NCBI GenBank assembly: GCA_951406725.2
Contig: OX597825.1
Location: forward strand, 2,852,001 to 2,916,000
Reading direction: 5' to 3'
DNA from: Octopus vulgaris
Taxonomy: Eukaryota
Length of the DNA: 64,000 bases
The notes beneath the pieces are model-generated. The model was not told the DNA's origin. It was given only the letters and a program-made list of their open reading frames with translations, and ran no database searches. Below are positions 1-16,361 of the stretch, piece after piece. The position numbers and the translations under genes are program-made. Numbering within the stretch: the stretch's first letter is position 1; every line of letters starts with the position of its first letter.

Positions 1-100
1 GTGAATAAGCCTAAGTGTAATTGAAGGGTCCAGGTTTCTGAGAATGTTCCTTGTTCAAATCGGTTAAGGATTAACATGTGTGTATGTGTACAGACATATA

Positions 101-220
<120 letters not shown>

Positions 221-619
221 TATGTCTGTACACATACACACACATATACACATGCAGTGCGAGAATAAGGCAGAAAGTTCAACTACATTATTGCAACCTG
301 TCTTCCAGATACGTTTCTATGAACAAGTATCAAACACCTTAAGATAAAACCGTTCAGATATTGTTGGGTGGAATCTCGATGAAAATATATATCGTATTGG
401 GGGAATCAGCAGTATTCTGGACAAAAAATGGTTAGAAAAATACAAGATTAAGAAGATATTTATGAACCATTGATAAGGTGTTTGCAAATCAACAACCTCA
501 AATACACATTCGGTTTCATACCTATTATTATTGGAAGAAAAGGATAACTACCAATCCGTCTGGAACACTTTTTTGATGAACGTTGGTTCTTGAGGAGAGA
601 CCATAAATCCTTCATTCAT

Positions 620-1140
620 AAACTACAAATAATCACGGTATCTGTGATGATAAAACCTGCAATCATTCTTCAGATTAAAGGATGATGAACAACAACTGCT
701 ATTAGCTATTAGCAATTCCATCATGAAAATTTTCAAATCTTCCTCTTTAGCAATATCTGTTAATTGAAGTGGATTTTGTAGAGGTTTTGCTTTCCCGTCT
801 CTATTCGCAACTTGATTTAGTTTTATTTGCATCAATTCCTCGTTGGATAAACTTTCGCTTCGGGTCACTAGGAAATCGATAACATCAACGAGTGCAAGTT
901 CTTTCAAACGCTATATTATTTAGAAGTGCTACAATACCTTCCCGAAATTAATATAGACTTTCTGCTGGTGGAATACACATAAAATAAAGCATACAATCAG
1001 GTCGTATATTTTACAGGGCACCATTTAAATGTGAGGGTTGCTTTTCATTCTCAGTGGTGGTATCACTTCGTTTCTTAACCTAAACGTCTCTCGGATGATA
1101 ACAACTGTAAGTTTATTCTGGATGTTTTCGTAAGCTACTG
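620..1140 (-). mobile_element. Decayed Tigger/pogo-type DNA transposase, C-terminal part (frameshifts, stops)
   Basis: Manual minus-strand translation gives SHLNGAL*NIRPDCMLYF ... EGIVALLNNIAFE, then a frameshift into ELALVDVIDFLVTRSESLSNEELMQI. This resembles the Tigger post-DDE pattern (MNGVWKKLWPDCV..F ... IV.LA...GFEE+DEDDV.ELL.SH.EELTNEEL). Confidence 0.6.
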
Positions 1141-1970
1141 GAAAGGGCTTCTCAAAATAGAAGTTAAATATTCCACATTACTCTGTTAGCTGGAAGAAAG
1201 ATGTAATGCTGACGATGTATTCTGTTATCTATTGATCGGAAAACTTATTTAAATCCACCAATTGGTTTGGTACAGAATCTAATGCGACAATGTTCTGTTG
1301 GAAATATTACGCCTGGCAAATGCGACAAGCTGGCAAAATCGTCCGTTCTAAGTTCAATTCCACACATTTGCTATCATATTTCTATAGATATACGAACTGC
1401 CGTGAGAAGAATAAATGATGAATAAAAGTACGGGATGTGGTTTTGTATGATTAATTTAATTGACGGGTCACTGACGTCATGGGTATTTTACCTTTGCTAC
1501 TCTGAGTGAGCCATTGAAACTCCAAACACTACACTTTGTCTTTCTCCACACACACCGATTTCTTGACAGGAAGCATATGAAGCTACAGACATTGCCATCC
1601 TGTTCGTAATATTATCAGTGCTGGTTACCAATTGGTTATTCAAGAGTTGATGGCGCAGTAGAGGAGATAGTGCTGTGTGCTAATCTTAGTGATGGTCGTG
1701 CAAGCGAGTTTCGATCTATCATTGGTGTTTAGTCAAAAACCATTGACCTATGATCAAAGACAATTCATTCAACAGTTCCAAATAACACTATAGTACCGTA
1801 TTATTTTCTGTGATTGTTATTTTATTTTCGATGCAAATCTTTTTATAATTCATAACATTTTTGTTTTTTCAGTTGTGTATTAATTAGTGGTATTGTAATG
1901 ATGCTATTTGTTTTGGTCGCGGTTTTATGCATTCTTTTGTTTCTGATAGACACACAACCAAACACATGCG

Positions 1971-1976
<6 letters not shown>

Positions 1977-2036
<60 letters not shown>
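1977..2036. repeat. (CA)n(TA)n compound microsatellite at the internal repeat position of the adjacent SINE
   Basis: Seen directly. Confidence 0.95.
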
Positions 2037-2038
<2 letters not shown>

Positions 2039-2190
2039 AGCGCTTCTTTCAGTTTTCATCAAGCAAATCCACTTACAAGTCCTTCGTCAACCCTAGGCTA
2101 TAATAGGAGTCACTTGGCCAATGTGGGAATGAACCCGGAATCATGTGGTTTGTAAGGAAGCTCCTTATATTACACTAATGCCTGCACCTG
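2037..2190 (-). mobile_element. tRNA-derived SINE family 2 (OR/CORE-like), 5' half, diverged
   Basis: Reverse complement aligns by eye with the copies at 37048 and 40070 (GGTTCAxTCCCAC B-box region, GGxCAAGTG.CT.CTA.TATAGCC, GTGGATTTG, AACTGAAAGAAGC). Confidence 0.75.
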
Positions 2191-3730
2191 CTGTCTATGA
2201 TATTTTTGTACTCCGCTGTATAGGATTTCAATAGTTATAAATATTTAAGAGGAGAATATCGGGCTGATATTGCACTGACTTGCGTAGCAAAATTTAGTTG
2301 TTAAGTTATTGACAATAAGGTGTAGGATACATTTTGAAAAATAAAATGCACAGCTGAAGTTATTTTGAAAATCATTTCCTTATGTTTAACATTTCTTCAG
2401 AGAGTACTCATCTGATGATTGAATAAACTATTGAACAATACTTGACAGTCATTCAAGTATTAGGCAAACTGATTTTAAGTGTTCTCCAATAATTTGTGAG
2501 AAATCTGATATTAACTATGTGACTAATTGCACCTTGAAACTTGCATCAATTTAAAATAACACACTACGATGGAAATAAACTCCCGAAAATAATCAATCAG
2601 TTGATACACTAGGTAATTTCACACCTGTAGTTCTCAGCATGTTCACTTCATTTATGCATCTGTTTTGAAGTAACATACATAAATTTTAACATTTTATTTT
2701 GTTTTATGTGGTGAATAGTTCTTTACTTTTCTCAGATTTACAGATAAATATAGAAAATATTCTATACTTAAAATAGTTTCAACTTTCATTACCATGTTTA
2801 ATTTTCTGTTAAATGAGACGACGCATGACAAGTAAATGAAAGTCAAGAGAAATGCAAATGAAAATGTTAGACAGGTAACTAAAAAGTGCAGGTTTTGTTA
2901 AAGAATAGCCTTCTAATTTCTACGATCGTGTTCTATCATAGACACGTACCTCGATTAAGATTTATTTTTTATGAAAAATTCAGGATATGTCAACAGCCAC
3001 ATTATTAATCCTTGATATTAAAAGTTGCAAACATTTGAAAGGGGCTAATTCGAAATCATAATAGAAAACAGTGTAATTGAAAATAGTGTAAGTTGGTTTG
3101 ATACGTATTCTAATGAAGCTACTATTTCACAGTCTTTTTAATAGGTATGAGAATTAGAGAAATGAACGATTGCTTCACTTATTAAGAGAGGCATAACATT
3201 ATACTTGGATCATTCGTAATTCTATTAGGTCAACTATTATTTGACTTACCATAACTGTAGGAGCGAAAGACAAATTTGAGAATGCTGGTATTTGTATTAG
3301 TAGTGATGTAACAAATTGAATGCCATTCCATTTCACTGTCTAACGAGATCAATGATTCTAAAAGAGACTTTTATGTAAAAACCAAGGGAACAAAATTTAA
3401 AAGTGGCGTATTTTCAAGGAGATAGACATTGGCACACATGTGGCGCCTTTGCCTAACCTCTACTAGGAGGATATCATATAAACTTGAAATGATAGCAGTA
3501 TGAAAACTTTTTTTAAAATCTATAAGTTATTAATCGCGCTTATCTAAATAGCAGACACATTTCTTATCAAATATCCCGACCGCTGTCTTTAGGAAAAAAG
3601 AAAATCGGTTTCTCCTATACTTCCCGGTTCCAGACCCATGCGAAAATGGTATGACTGGGTTGGAAACACTTGAACATTATTGAGGCTTATTCGCGATTGT
3701 GGTCGAATATGGAAACTTAAGATACAGATT

Positions 3731-3924
3731 TTTATTTCAAATTTTGGCTCCGAGCCAACAATTTTAGAAGAGGGGTAAGTCAATTAAACCGACCCAAGAG
3801 TTCAACTGGTATCGACTCTGGAAGAATGAAAACAAAGTTGGCCACGGCGGAATTTGAACTCAAAACATAAGGGGAGGCGAAATGCCGCTACCCATTTTGT
3901 GCAGCGTGCTAACGATTCTAACAG
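3731..3924 (-). mobile_element. Meta-domain tRNA-SINE (family 1), tail type C
   Basis: Contains GGCGGAATTTGAACTCA (antisense B-box) and the head GTGCTAACGATTCT shared with the copies at 28.8, 57.7 and 59.5 kb. Tail reads TTTCAAATTTTGGC on +. Confidence 0.8.
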
Positions 3925-4579
3925 GTAATATAAATATCAACAACACCAATATAATGGATAATGTTCTTATTGCAGCTGCTGTGTAGCCACATGTAAATGC
4001 AAATGGCATAATGAAGGTCATCCCAATCATAAGCATTTCTCAGGGGTCTAAAGGTTTATATCTTATAATGTATTGTTACCTTATTTAGGAGCACAGATTA
4101 TGAATTAGAGTAGAGGAGCTGCTATTTCCCGCATTACAATAACAATATAGCAGCTTTCAAATATGAATCTGTTCAATGGTGAAGATGCATCTAGACAAAC
4201 CCATATGTTCTTTGCACAACAATGCTATTACAGCACTGATTCCATTGTCTTAGATAACATTTCATTAGTTAAAGCTGATCTACCATAAACCAAGGCACCT
4301 AATCAGATCATAAACACAGCTATTAAAATTATGACTTTCTCTTGGCATAATTCCAGATCTCTTTAACAAGTGAAGTAATAATATATCATCTGATAAAACA
4401 TAGCGAAAGTAAACAATATACATAAATCAATCAAAACATCTCCGTCGCAATGAATGTTAGAAAAAATATATATTACAGTAGATCAGTTTTTCAATCATAA
4501 ATTTGTTTACGGGTGTAACAGTGTCTGCGTAACGGTACATATGTGTTTAACTGAATACACAATCACACGGATACAGAGA

Positions 4580-4639
4580 AACACACACACTCACTCACAC
4601 ATTCACACATGCAAACGCACAAGCAGAAACACATATATG

Positions 4640-4688
<49 letters not shown>

Positions 4689-5445
4689 TTATATATTTAT
4701 ATGTATATATGCATGAATACATCTTCATATGTATATATATATATATAAATACATGTACACACACGCATATAAGTATACACACACACACTTATATATATAC
4801 ATATATGTGTGTATATATATACATATGCATTTATACATGAAAATGTACACACAAAGACACTTACATACACACAGTATTACACCCACACATATGTATTTAT
4901 TTATTTCTCTATGTATAAATTTTCAGACAGTCACACATAAGAAGCGTAAAAGTGCCTTTGCGAGAAAGTATAATTTTCAAAAAACAAAACAACATTATGT
5001 AATATATAAAACTACTTTAGTTTGTTGAACATTATTTCATGTATTATTTCTAATCAAAATTTTTAATAATACTCTACACTGTTATTTTATCTTTTATTGA
5101 TCCTTGTGCATAGCATAGAAAATATTTACATTCATATTGACACATACATTTGCTGAAGTATGTATGATTATCTTGATGCATATATACGTATCCGAATACA
5201 TATGTAAATTTATACATACATACTTCCATATATACAATATACATATATGTATATACACACACATATATACATATATATATGTGTATGTTGATATATATAT
5301 ATATACATTGATACATATATATATGCGTATATGTGTATATATGTGTGCGTATGTGTACGTATGTAAAATATATGTATATTATGATTTGGATACTAACTAA
5401 TAGGCAATGCAGAATTAGTGACTGTGTGCGTTGGAATATATATGA

Positions 5446-5507
<62 letters not shown>

Positions 5508-6305
5508 TTGTGTGTGTGTGCATGCACACACAAGTACACAGACATACACACACACACAAACACACACACATGCATATGCTCATATACACTGAAAATACTT
5601 ACATATAACCGTATAACCACACACATAGATAAATATTAAAATGTGTTTTCATCGCTTCACTTTCATTGTTCAATCACACGAAGAAAGACAAAACATTAAA
5701 CTGTCTCTTCACCTTCTGTTATTTACAATTAAATTTAGATTTCATTGACACATTCAAGTTTTCCTTTAGTATTGTTTTAATGTTTTACATTTTATGTTAA
5801 ATCCTTAGTATGGTAATTATTGGTTTAGATATTGTTCTTGTTATTGTTGATGATAGATCGTTAATTCTTTAGCATAAAGCTGTGATAAATAAATACACAG
5901 AGAGTCGAAAAAAAAAACGGTAAAATTGTAGAGTAATGTAATATTATTTGTTTTCTTGTAAGATATATTTTTGCTTGTCGTGATGGTCGTGGAAGAAGGA
6001 AATCAAATTGGAACTGGAATAAAATATATTACAACTTAAAGATGATTGATTTATTAGTACCTTTAACTGAGGACTTATGTAAACTCTATCTCTCTGTATT
6101 CATATATATGTATATATTCATATTAAAGGGACAGTCCAGTCGTCCAGGTTTTAATCAATCATTATACACATTTATATACGTTGAATATATAAATAGTCTT
6201 CAAAGGTCATTTTGTGAAGAATTCACCATATAAAATAAAAAGTAATAGTATTATATATAATGTATACATATACACACACGTACACACACACATATGAAAC
6301 GCATA

Positions 6306-6359
<54 letters not shown>

Positions 6360-6455
6360 TTGTATGTATATATATATATGTATGTATATATATATATGTA
6401 TATATTTATATATGGTTGGGTGTGTGTGTGTGTACGTGTGTGTGTGTATGTATGC
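4580..6455. repeat. Cluster of degenerate (CA)n/(TA)n/(TG)n arrays (4580-4900, 5180-5630, 6250-6455)
   Basis: Seen directly. Explains the HT/IY/CV ORFs. Confidence 0.9.
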
Positions 6456-7987
6456 ATTAATATTCGCTCCCATAAATGTAACAAAAACAGAAAAGAAATC
6501 TTAATATTTATCATTTATTATGGTTTAATAACAGTCAAGATTGAAATTATAGCACCTAATTAGATTTGAGAGCTTGCACTTTGTGATCTCACAAATCTCA
6601 GGTGAATGGATTACTAAGTGCAAAATTAAAAGCATCCATTTCGTACATGTACACAGATTTCAGTGTTTAAATTATTTCAGTTACTAAATAGTTAGAGTCG
6701 ATTTTTGTAATTACTTCAAGCGTGTTTTCTGATTCCATTCATTTTCCTATTTCCAGATCCCTATGCTCACAATTATATGCTAACAAACGATGTGCTTTTA
6801 GTCGATTTCTCAGTCTATGAGAAACGACAGAGTGATATGTATTATACAGCACGGATGATTATTATAAATGGATGATACAACAGACATTGTAGGCATCACA
6901 TTATCAATTTTGCTTTGGCAGAATCACAAAATCACAAAATGCAATTTTCCACTCAAGATTCAAAAACTATTTCAGTTCTGATATATGAATTACAGCTTCC
7001 ACATCAGGGAGACTCCTCAGACCTATCCTACAAGAATCGCAGTCTGCGTGAAATAATACCACCTAATTCACTGCCACCATGCCGCAAAGATACACGGTTC
7101 CACAACCATTATTTCCAACACTCCTTTAATAACGCTAACACCGTTGTAACGGGTTTCGTTTTCCTACGAAATATAAATTCATAAGCTTGTCATATTTATT
7201 CGAGCATTTATTATTTCAAGCTTTTCTGGGTGATATTAACACAGCTCCCAAGAATTTCACTGTCGTTCGATGGAAAACTTAATTTGAAATGGATTTTCTG
7301 CTTTTTAATACAATTACCGAAATTGTTGAAATGTGTTCGTGTGAGCTATAACAAATAAATACCCGGCATGAAGATGAAATATGAAGAATTTAAATGACAT
7401 ATATTATGTCGAAGAAAATGCTAAGAAAGGACCCCTAAGCAGTCATACACCTTGAGGGAAACAGCATCTGGTGCCAAGGGATCATTTGCTTGTGTGTAAA
7501 TGTATGGTCTCATTGAGTAATGTCATTTTACATATATACAAATGATGACTGCTCAAGGATGGAACGCTTTCCAAATGTGCAAGGTAACAGAATATATCAT
7601 GTTATGAAGGAAACTGATTAACAAAGTATCAATCTCCCAAGAACAAGACCCATTTCGAACATTCAACCTATCATAAACTCTAAAATCCGGATTTCGGCGA
7701 AGGTTTCCTTAAATGGAACAGTCCCACCCCTCCGCAAAAGTAAGGAAAATGAATAACAGTGAAATCAATATCTCAGCGCTTTGATCATACTTCTGCTTGA
7801 TCAGCGCCAACTTGTCTCTAAATAACACTGCAAATAAACTACACAACACAAAAATGACTAAAAAAATCAATGAATTTCGCTCGTGTTAAAATTTTAAAAT
7901 CCTAAGATTCAAAAATTTAAGCAAGATGATAATTACAGCCAAATATATTTCTCATGGACATAGTATCCTTATCGGAAATAAAAACAC

Positions 7988-8061
<74 letters not shown>

Positions 8062-8161
8062 TAATAATAATAATAATATTACTATAGTTATTATTATTAA
8101 TAATAATAATAATAATAATGATAATTATGATGATAATGCTTCTGATTATGATGATGATGAT
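7988..8161. repeat. (AAT)n/(GAT)n trinucleotide array with an internal orientation switch
   Basis: Seen directly. Confidence 0.95.
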
Positions 8162-9774
8162 GTATCTTAAAATGTCTTGCACCATGTCTAAAATTTGTGC
8201 TTGATTATTTTTTCGCTTAATTGCTAAGCTCGCTTTCAATTCATTTAAAAGCGATTCAGTGACAGATATTCAAATCCATTCACCTTACCAATCCCAAAGA
8301 ACGTCTGACATTTATTTTTTCTCTTTTTTTTTTCGTTTTCCCTTTGCTACACAGTCATTAAAAAGTTATTAGACACCTTTTACGAATACCATTGAATGAT
8401 AGCTACCCGGCAATAAAAGAAAACGATATCACTATCACTTATTCAAATATTTTTAAGGAAGTTCAAATAATATATAAAATGTATCCCACGGTGATGTGTT
8501 TTATCGTTTGTCTCATTCGTTTGACGGTGCGCAACATCCCCACCTCCAAATGCATCAAACTGATACTGATAGCGAATTAGTCCAAACGTTGATGTGTACG
8601 ATTGATTACCTTTGCGCACAGCTTATGAGTTGAAATGCCATGGAGATAAACTTAGGTTTTATCATTTCAAATTCTAGAAAAAAATTACCAACAACTTTTT
8701 GATGTAAACAAATCTCTCTCTGTCTTTCACTTTCTTCCTTCCGATATCCTTCCTCTTTTTCTTTCTTTCTCTGTGTGTCTGCTTCGCTATGTTGAATTAT
8801 TCATTTGTTATCTTGCTAGAAGTATAACAATCTTTGGATCTAGAGAAATGCTGAAATATGCTGTAAGTTAAGAAGATTCCCCTACAGGCCGAGTGCTTAA
8901 GGCTTTTACATATGTTTACATTGAATTGTATATTTTAAGCATTTTTCCTAATGATTGTCGTAAACTAATGTAATTTTCTTGAATTGTATCGAGCAACTTG
9001 TTGAAAACTGCACTGTGGTCCGACAGATTACAAGAAGATTTGGAAATTTCATATAATCTTTCGATTGATACATGAATACAACGCACAATGTATGTGTGCG
9101 GAAACATATCAAATCATCGATAAACAAAGAATATTTGTTTCAAAACAAAGATAACCACGCAAATTTCTTTGCAAGTTAAAATATAACATTCATTAGGTTT
9201 AAGTTGTATTTCAAAGAGAACAAAATCTGCATCAGACTAACCCAGACAATCTTGCGTATATTTGATTTGAGAATTTGGTCGAGAACACAGCGTGACCCCC
9301 TATTTTCGCTTTCGAAGAAAGTCCTGAACATTTTCGGAATTGCTTTGATTCTCAGAATGGGGACAAATCTTAGAAAAAAAAAATCTTCACACTCATGAAA
9401 AAAGAAAAGAAAAGAAAAATGCACACTTACAAACAAATTTTTGCAAATGGTTATCACATTCATGGCATTCAGGATTCTATGAAGAAAGCATATTTGTTTC
9501 TGTATTAAAAACTCCAATATAGTTATACAGTTAGATACAAAAATAATGTTTTACTCTGACAGAGGACACAAATTAAAATAATATATGCGTAAATAAAAGT
9601 AATTAAGAACCAACGAAAAATTTTCCCGGTTAAGCATTTTGAAGATGTACGTGCAAGTATGATCCATAACTAACTGTTTATCTATTTGATCCATTGTTAT
9701 GTTCTACTCTATTTTCTGTCAGAACGATATCAGACCGCAATATTAGAATATACCCGTGCATGTACATATCTACA

Positions 9775-9905
9775 CATACACACATACATACATACATACA
9801 TACATACATACATACATACTTACTTACATACATACATACATACATACATATATACATACATACATACATACATACATACATACATACATACATGCATACA
9901 TGTAC
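9775..9905. repeat. (TACA)n tetranucleotide array
   Basis: Seen directly. Confidence 0.95.
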
Positions 9906-10985
9906 ATATATACAATATATGTAACACACGCGTAACACACGCACATTTGCACAGCTATATATACACACTAACATTGCTGCACTCGGCAGGAGAATCCTGC
10001 TCTGAAATTGTTATGTGATAGGTATTATTGTTAAGTTTGTACTTACCAACTGCATTTGTAGAGAAAGAATTAGTCGAGTGAGAAAGAGGAAAAAAAGTTG
10101 GTCTGGCAAGAAAACCAGTAAGTCGTTGCCTGAAAGTAGAAAATTTGTTCTGAGTATACTACAGGTTAAGAGAAAATGTTGGCATTAGTTCTTGAGGCTT
10201 ATTGAGATATATCATAATAGGTGTCGGAGTAAGAGAGAGAGAGAGTCATACATACTTTGCAGATTCACATACATCTCAGACAGACATGAAATAGATTTTC
10301 AAATGATGCATGATCTTGTTAGCGAATCACGAGATTTGAAATTGATGCAATTGTATTTGTAATACATTTAAACATTTTTTTTATAACTTTCGATTTTATT
10401 TTTGCTTCAAATGTACCAGACAGATGAAATGAAGTGACATGACAGGAAATGAGTGGCAATAACGTAATTTATAAAATTGGGTTGTTCAGTCTGAGTAGAA
10501 TACTCTTAACAACAACTAGTAATAAAAATAGAAAAGTTTTGCGGCGGATAAGGGTAATATTTTGGATAATGATGATGATAACGATGGTAACGCTAATAAA
10601 ATCATATTAAAATCAATATCAATCAGAATAACGCTAAAGCATGGGCAACATTATTATTATCGTGATGATGATATATTAACAGTAATAAAATTTATAATAA
10701 CAAAAATAATAATTGTCATGCTTTCGAAACACATGCTTAAAATTCTCTTTATAATATTCTAACCACTTTTTCTGTGTCTTTGTATTAGGTGTTTTCATCT
10801 TGTTTTTTTTTCTATTTCAATTTCAGTAGTATAAAGGATTTCTTGACAAATTTCACAAATGGAGTCTTCTGCAGATATTTCATGGTGTGCTGCTTTCATA
10901 TTACATCACGCTGTGTAATTTTATCCATGGAAGGATATAATTTTGCTTTGACAGCAGCTCAAAGCAAAAAGTAATAGTAAAAATT

Positions 10986-11014
10986 AGTAATAATAATAAT
11001 AATAATAATAATTA

Positions 11015-11047
<33 letters not shown>

Positions 11048-11072
11048 GTTGTTGTTGTTGTTATTGTTATTG

Positions 11073-11136
<64 letters not shown>

Positions 11137-11151
11137 CATTATTATTATTAT
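10986..11151. repeat. (AAT)n joined to (ATT)n/(GTT)n array (inverted junction)
   Basis: Seen directly. Orientation flips at about 11012. Confidence 0.95.
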
Positions 11152-12189
11152 ATGAACATTAAATTTTAAAAAAATTGCAACATTTTCCAAGATGTATTAT
11201 ATTTCTTGTTTTGTTTTACACAGGAGGTGCTACTTCCCTACAATTTTTAATTGGCTCTCTGCTTTTTCTTTAATATTTTTCTTTTAATTGAAATTTATTG
11301 TTTATTGAAAATGACAACAAAATCCTGTTCCCTCGAATCTAAATGAAAATAAAAGGAAAACTGTTTGGAATTTCCATTCTAAAAATCACTTTTCCCCAGC
11401 TGTAATAGTTTCAGTTAATTTTAATATCATAAAGCTTAGATTTTTTTCCCGTCTTTGTTTGTTCTTTCACGTTTGTTCTTTGTTGACTTGCTTGAATACA
11501 AAACAAATGTATGACAGGATTATTCTGACCAAATAACATAATTCTGAATGGGAAACTATGCTTTTAATTTAATGTAATTACATAAAAAAACATTATTTCT
11601 AGCTGAGAGAAGTTAGATTCACATTGTTAAAATGGCAGTCAAATATATTGGTCAGTGATATTCGATAGACAGCAATGCCCTTTCTGATTCCATTACTTTA
11701 TTTGAGAAGAGTTTATATAAATTGCGAGGAATACTTTTTGTTGCCGATGTAACGAATATTTGCCAGGTTTTTTTTTAACAGAAAGATTTAAGATATAAAT
11801 TGTGACTAAAAATATTTAGAGTATCATTTCGTAAAATGAAACGAATGGTTTTGATGTTAAAGTTCATGGATTTTTACCAGTAAAGCTTATCAATGTTTTG
11901 CTAAAGGTTGCACTAATTTGCTGATATTAGCAAGGACGTTTTCAGTTAGGAAACCGTTTTACAATACATCGAATCACAAAATCTATATCAGTGACTTTTT
12001 AAAGTATCCGAGGATGTTACCATAAATCCGATAAACTGCTTGGAATGTTTGCAACACTATAAGCTGAGTTATATGAGACTATGTTTCAAACAGTTTATCG
12101 CATAGGAGCAAGTAATTTCACTGAAATAAGCCTCTGCAACGTTTACGCTCATGAAATGTCATGGATGAAATTTGGCCAAAATCTGAAGT

Positions 12190-12246
12190 CTAGCAACCTC
12201 ACATTTGTGAGTCCAATGGTCTAACCACTATGTCATGCGCGTTCAC
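12190..12246 (-). mobile_element. tRNA-like SINE head fragment (family 3)
   Basis: Minus strand reads GTGAACGCGCATGACATAGTGGTTAGACCATTGGACTCAC...GTGAGGTT, with an A-box-like motif. A similar start (GTGAAGGCGCATGGCTC) is at 18480. Confidence 0.5.
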
Positions 12247-12516
12247 ACAAATATACACACACATATATAGATACATGCATATATTCATGCATGACTATAC
12301 AAACAAGTATCTCTACGAGCATATGCAGATATAGACACACGCACACACTATAACTAAGTATGCGTGCGCGCGCGTGTGTATGCAGACAGAATGAGATAAA
12401 TACATTGATAGGCACATGTGAATTACAAGCGTCAGTCTGTGATTATGCAAGTAGTTCAATCAATCCATTAGAACTAAACAATGATACCTGAAGGAGAGAG
12501 CGAATCACTTAATCAC

Positions 12517-13545
<1,029 letters not shown>

Positions 13546-14527
13546 ATAGATAGATAAATAGATAGATGGGTAGATAGAAAACCTAAGAAAAGCTCTTTGT
13601 AAATTATTTCGTTATTCGTATTCATGTATCCTCTCCTCCCCAACCTCACCATCGGAGGTAAATTGAGGGAGAAACATTGCCCCGTTGGGATCTTATAACT
13701 AACTTCGTTATTGTTCATGAACATGGATTATATATAAAATAAATGAATGAGTGAGAATTATTCTAATTAAAGCAAATATCTACAATGACGAGTGTTGGAT
13801 ATCGTGATATTATGTAATTTTCATTGTAGAATTATGCGATAAGATCAAAGTATGAACCTGAAATTTAAGGTTGCCTCGGAGGAAATGTATCGAATGACAC
13901 CGATATCGTGTTAGGAAGAGAAATTGTGAGATAAGAATTTTAGAATTTTATTTATCAAGAAGTGTGATACTGTTGAACATCATTTTTAATTGATACCTGA
14001 AGGTATACATTGCTTATCTGTAAAGAATCTGTCAACGAATGGACAGCTTACATATTTCATTTGCTTAATTTTTATAGAAGAATTGTTTAAATGTAGCAAG
14101 CTTGATTATCTAATAGTTGAATAGTGGTTTTCAGGCATCGGGCAGAAGGAAAATGGAATGCGGTGGGCGGAAAGTGCTGAACGTCACACGTTATGTAAAT
14201 TTCAAAATAACCTATAGTCCATATTTCATTAAATTTTCAGCAACAACAGTAAACAAAACAAATAACCACAAGCTGCTGTTTTGCCATTCGATTAGAAAAG
14301 AGGGAATACTCAATTTTATGAACTTCGTTATTTGACGTTTACATCGATTTTAACAACAATAATCTGTACTAAGTGAGCTATATAATGAATCAGAGAAATT
14401 TAATATTCATGAATTGCTATTCACAGAAAAAGAAGGACAGTGTGTAGCCATTTCACGGACTGCAGTTCAGTATCTGGATAAAAAAAGAGGTAGCAAATTG
14501 GCTGGATTCTTAGGATAGGTGTATTTA

Positions 14528-14562
14528 CATATATACATATATATATACACGTACATACATAC

Positions 14563-14611
<49 letters not shown>
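14528..14611. repeat. (TA)n array
   Basis: Seen directly. Confidence 0.9.
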
Positions 14612-14615
<4 letters not shown>

Positions 14616-15467
14616 GGACTTGATTGTGAAATTCCTGCTCATCCTCATAAGGATGTCATTGCCGAGATGCTCTTTAACTCGCAATCGGTCAGTGAACTCT
14701 CGAAATGACCATAGATGTGTTCTGACCTGGTTTTGAGGAACTCCGCTACGCTCCTTGGACGTGAATCTACCATGGTTTTTGAGAAACGAACTATTTTGAT
14801 ATGTTTTTATTTTGGGGAGTAAAACTCTTTTCCTTAGTCGACTGACATTTTGTACTATCTTAGTCGTTTGATACATTTTAATAATTCGTTTTGATTACAT
14901 ATTTTACTCGATTTGTAGTTACATTTTCTGGACAGACCCTACTGTTTATTTTGCATTTTTTTGTGCTTCTATATTCTTTCCATTCTGTGCTTTTATACAT
15001 ATATTCCTTTTATATGTTGAAGGCCAAAGTAATGTTTATATATGAGGAAATGTATGGAAGCGTCGTTTTGTATGAAGTCGTTGACCCGAATTTGATGTTT
15101 GTTCGCTAATCAATGTTTTTTGTCTCTGTCTCAATTTCATTTGCCCACTTCTTTTTTGTCTCCATAATACAAAGAGGCAAGAATATTTCTTGTCTGATAT
15201 ATATATATATATATATATATGGGGGGAGGGTGTATGCATATGTGTATATGTCCATGTGCGTGTGTGTATGTTCATAAGTGTTCATTTCTAAATACTTTAA
15301 ACGTGGAGTCTATATATATATATTTCACGCAGTTCTTACAACTACCCAGGCATTTCGCTGTGATATTACAGTAGCATCAGACATATAAGAATAAAAAACA
15401 TTAGTATAAAAGGATGTCACACTGTATATATATAGATATATATATATATAGAATCCACACGTATCAA

Positions 15468-15517
<50 letters not shown>

Positions 15518-16361
15518 CTGCACTATTATAAATAAAACTCTCTTGATGTGGAGGAAATCTCTCAGGAACATTAAAAGTACAGTTAATACATAATGGATAT
15601 TACAAATGAAAACCAACCAAGATAGTTCAATAAGATATTTATGCCATTAAATTTTCTCGTATATAAGGAGACACAAGAAATAAATTGCACTAATGTTATA
15701 AACACTAAACATTATTCAAAATATATTTAACGCCTACGCAATTTTAATTTAAAGAATAAAACAGAAAATATTGAACGCGTTAAAAATCTAATAGTTTCGT
15801 TACAACCATTTCCCTGTAGTTGTTATTAGCGGGAAAATGAATATGGTGAATAATCGTCAGAGTAAATATTACTTAATCAATTTTCTATAAGATATTGAAA
15901 TATCAGTTTTTGCCACTAAAAATGTAATGGAGGAATATATACCACTTCATTAGAATCTAATTTGAATTTTGTCATATCTTTGTACACTCTTGTATTGCTA
16001 TGTTTGAAAAATAAGAATTGCGTCAGCTTTAAAAAATGTCATTCAGCTACTTTTAAATTCCGTGAGATAATACTAATACACCCACTCATAGACGCACACA
16101 CATAGACACACATACACATACGCACACACACACACACAGAGGCAGGTACACATGTATACAATCATGTGCTTCCATGTATAGAAGTTCATTGAGGTTTACA
16201 TAAACAAATTCATTTAATCTATAGAGATATTTATTATTTCACTGAGTCCTCTTGAAGATACGCAGGCTGATATACATGCACATGCTTATAACTGTATCTC
16301 TGTCTGAGTGACTCCATCTCTCTCTCTCTCTCTGAACATATTTTTATATGTATATGTATAT

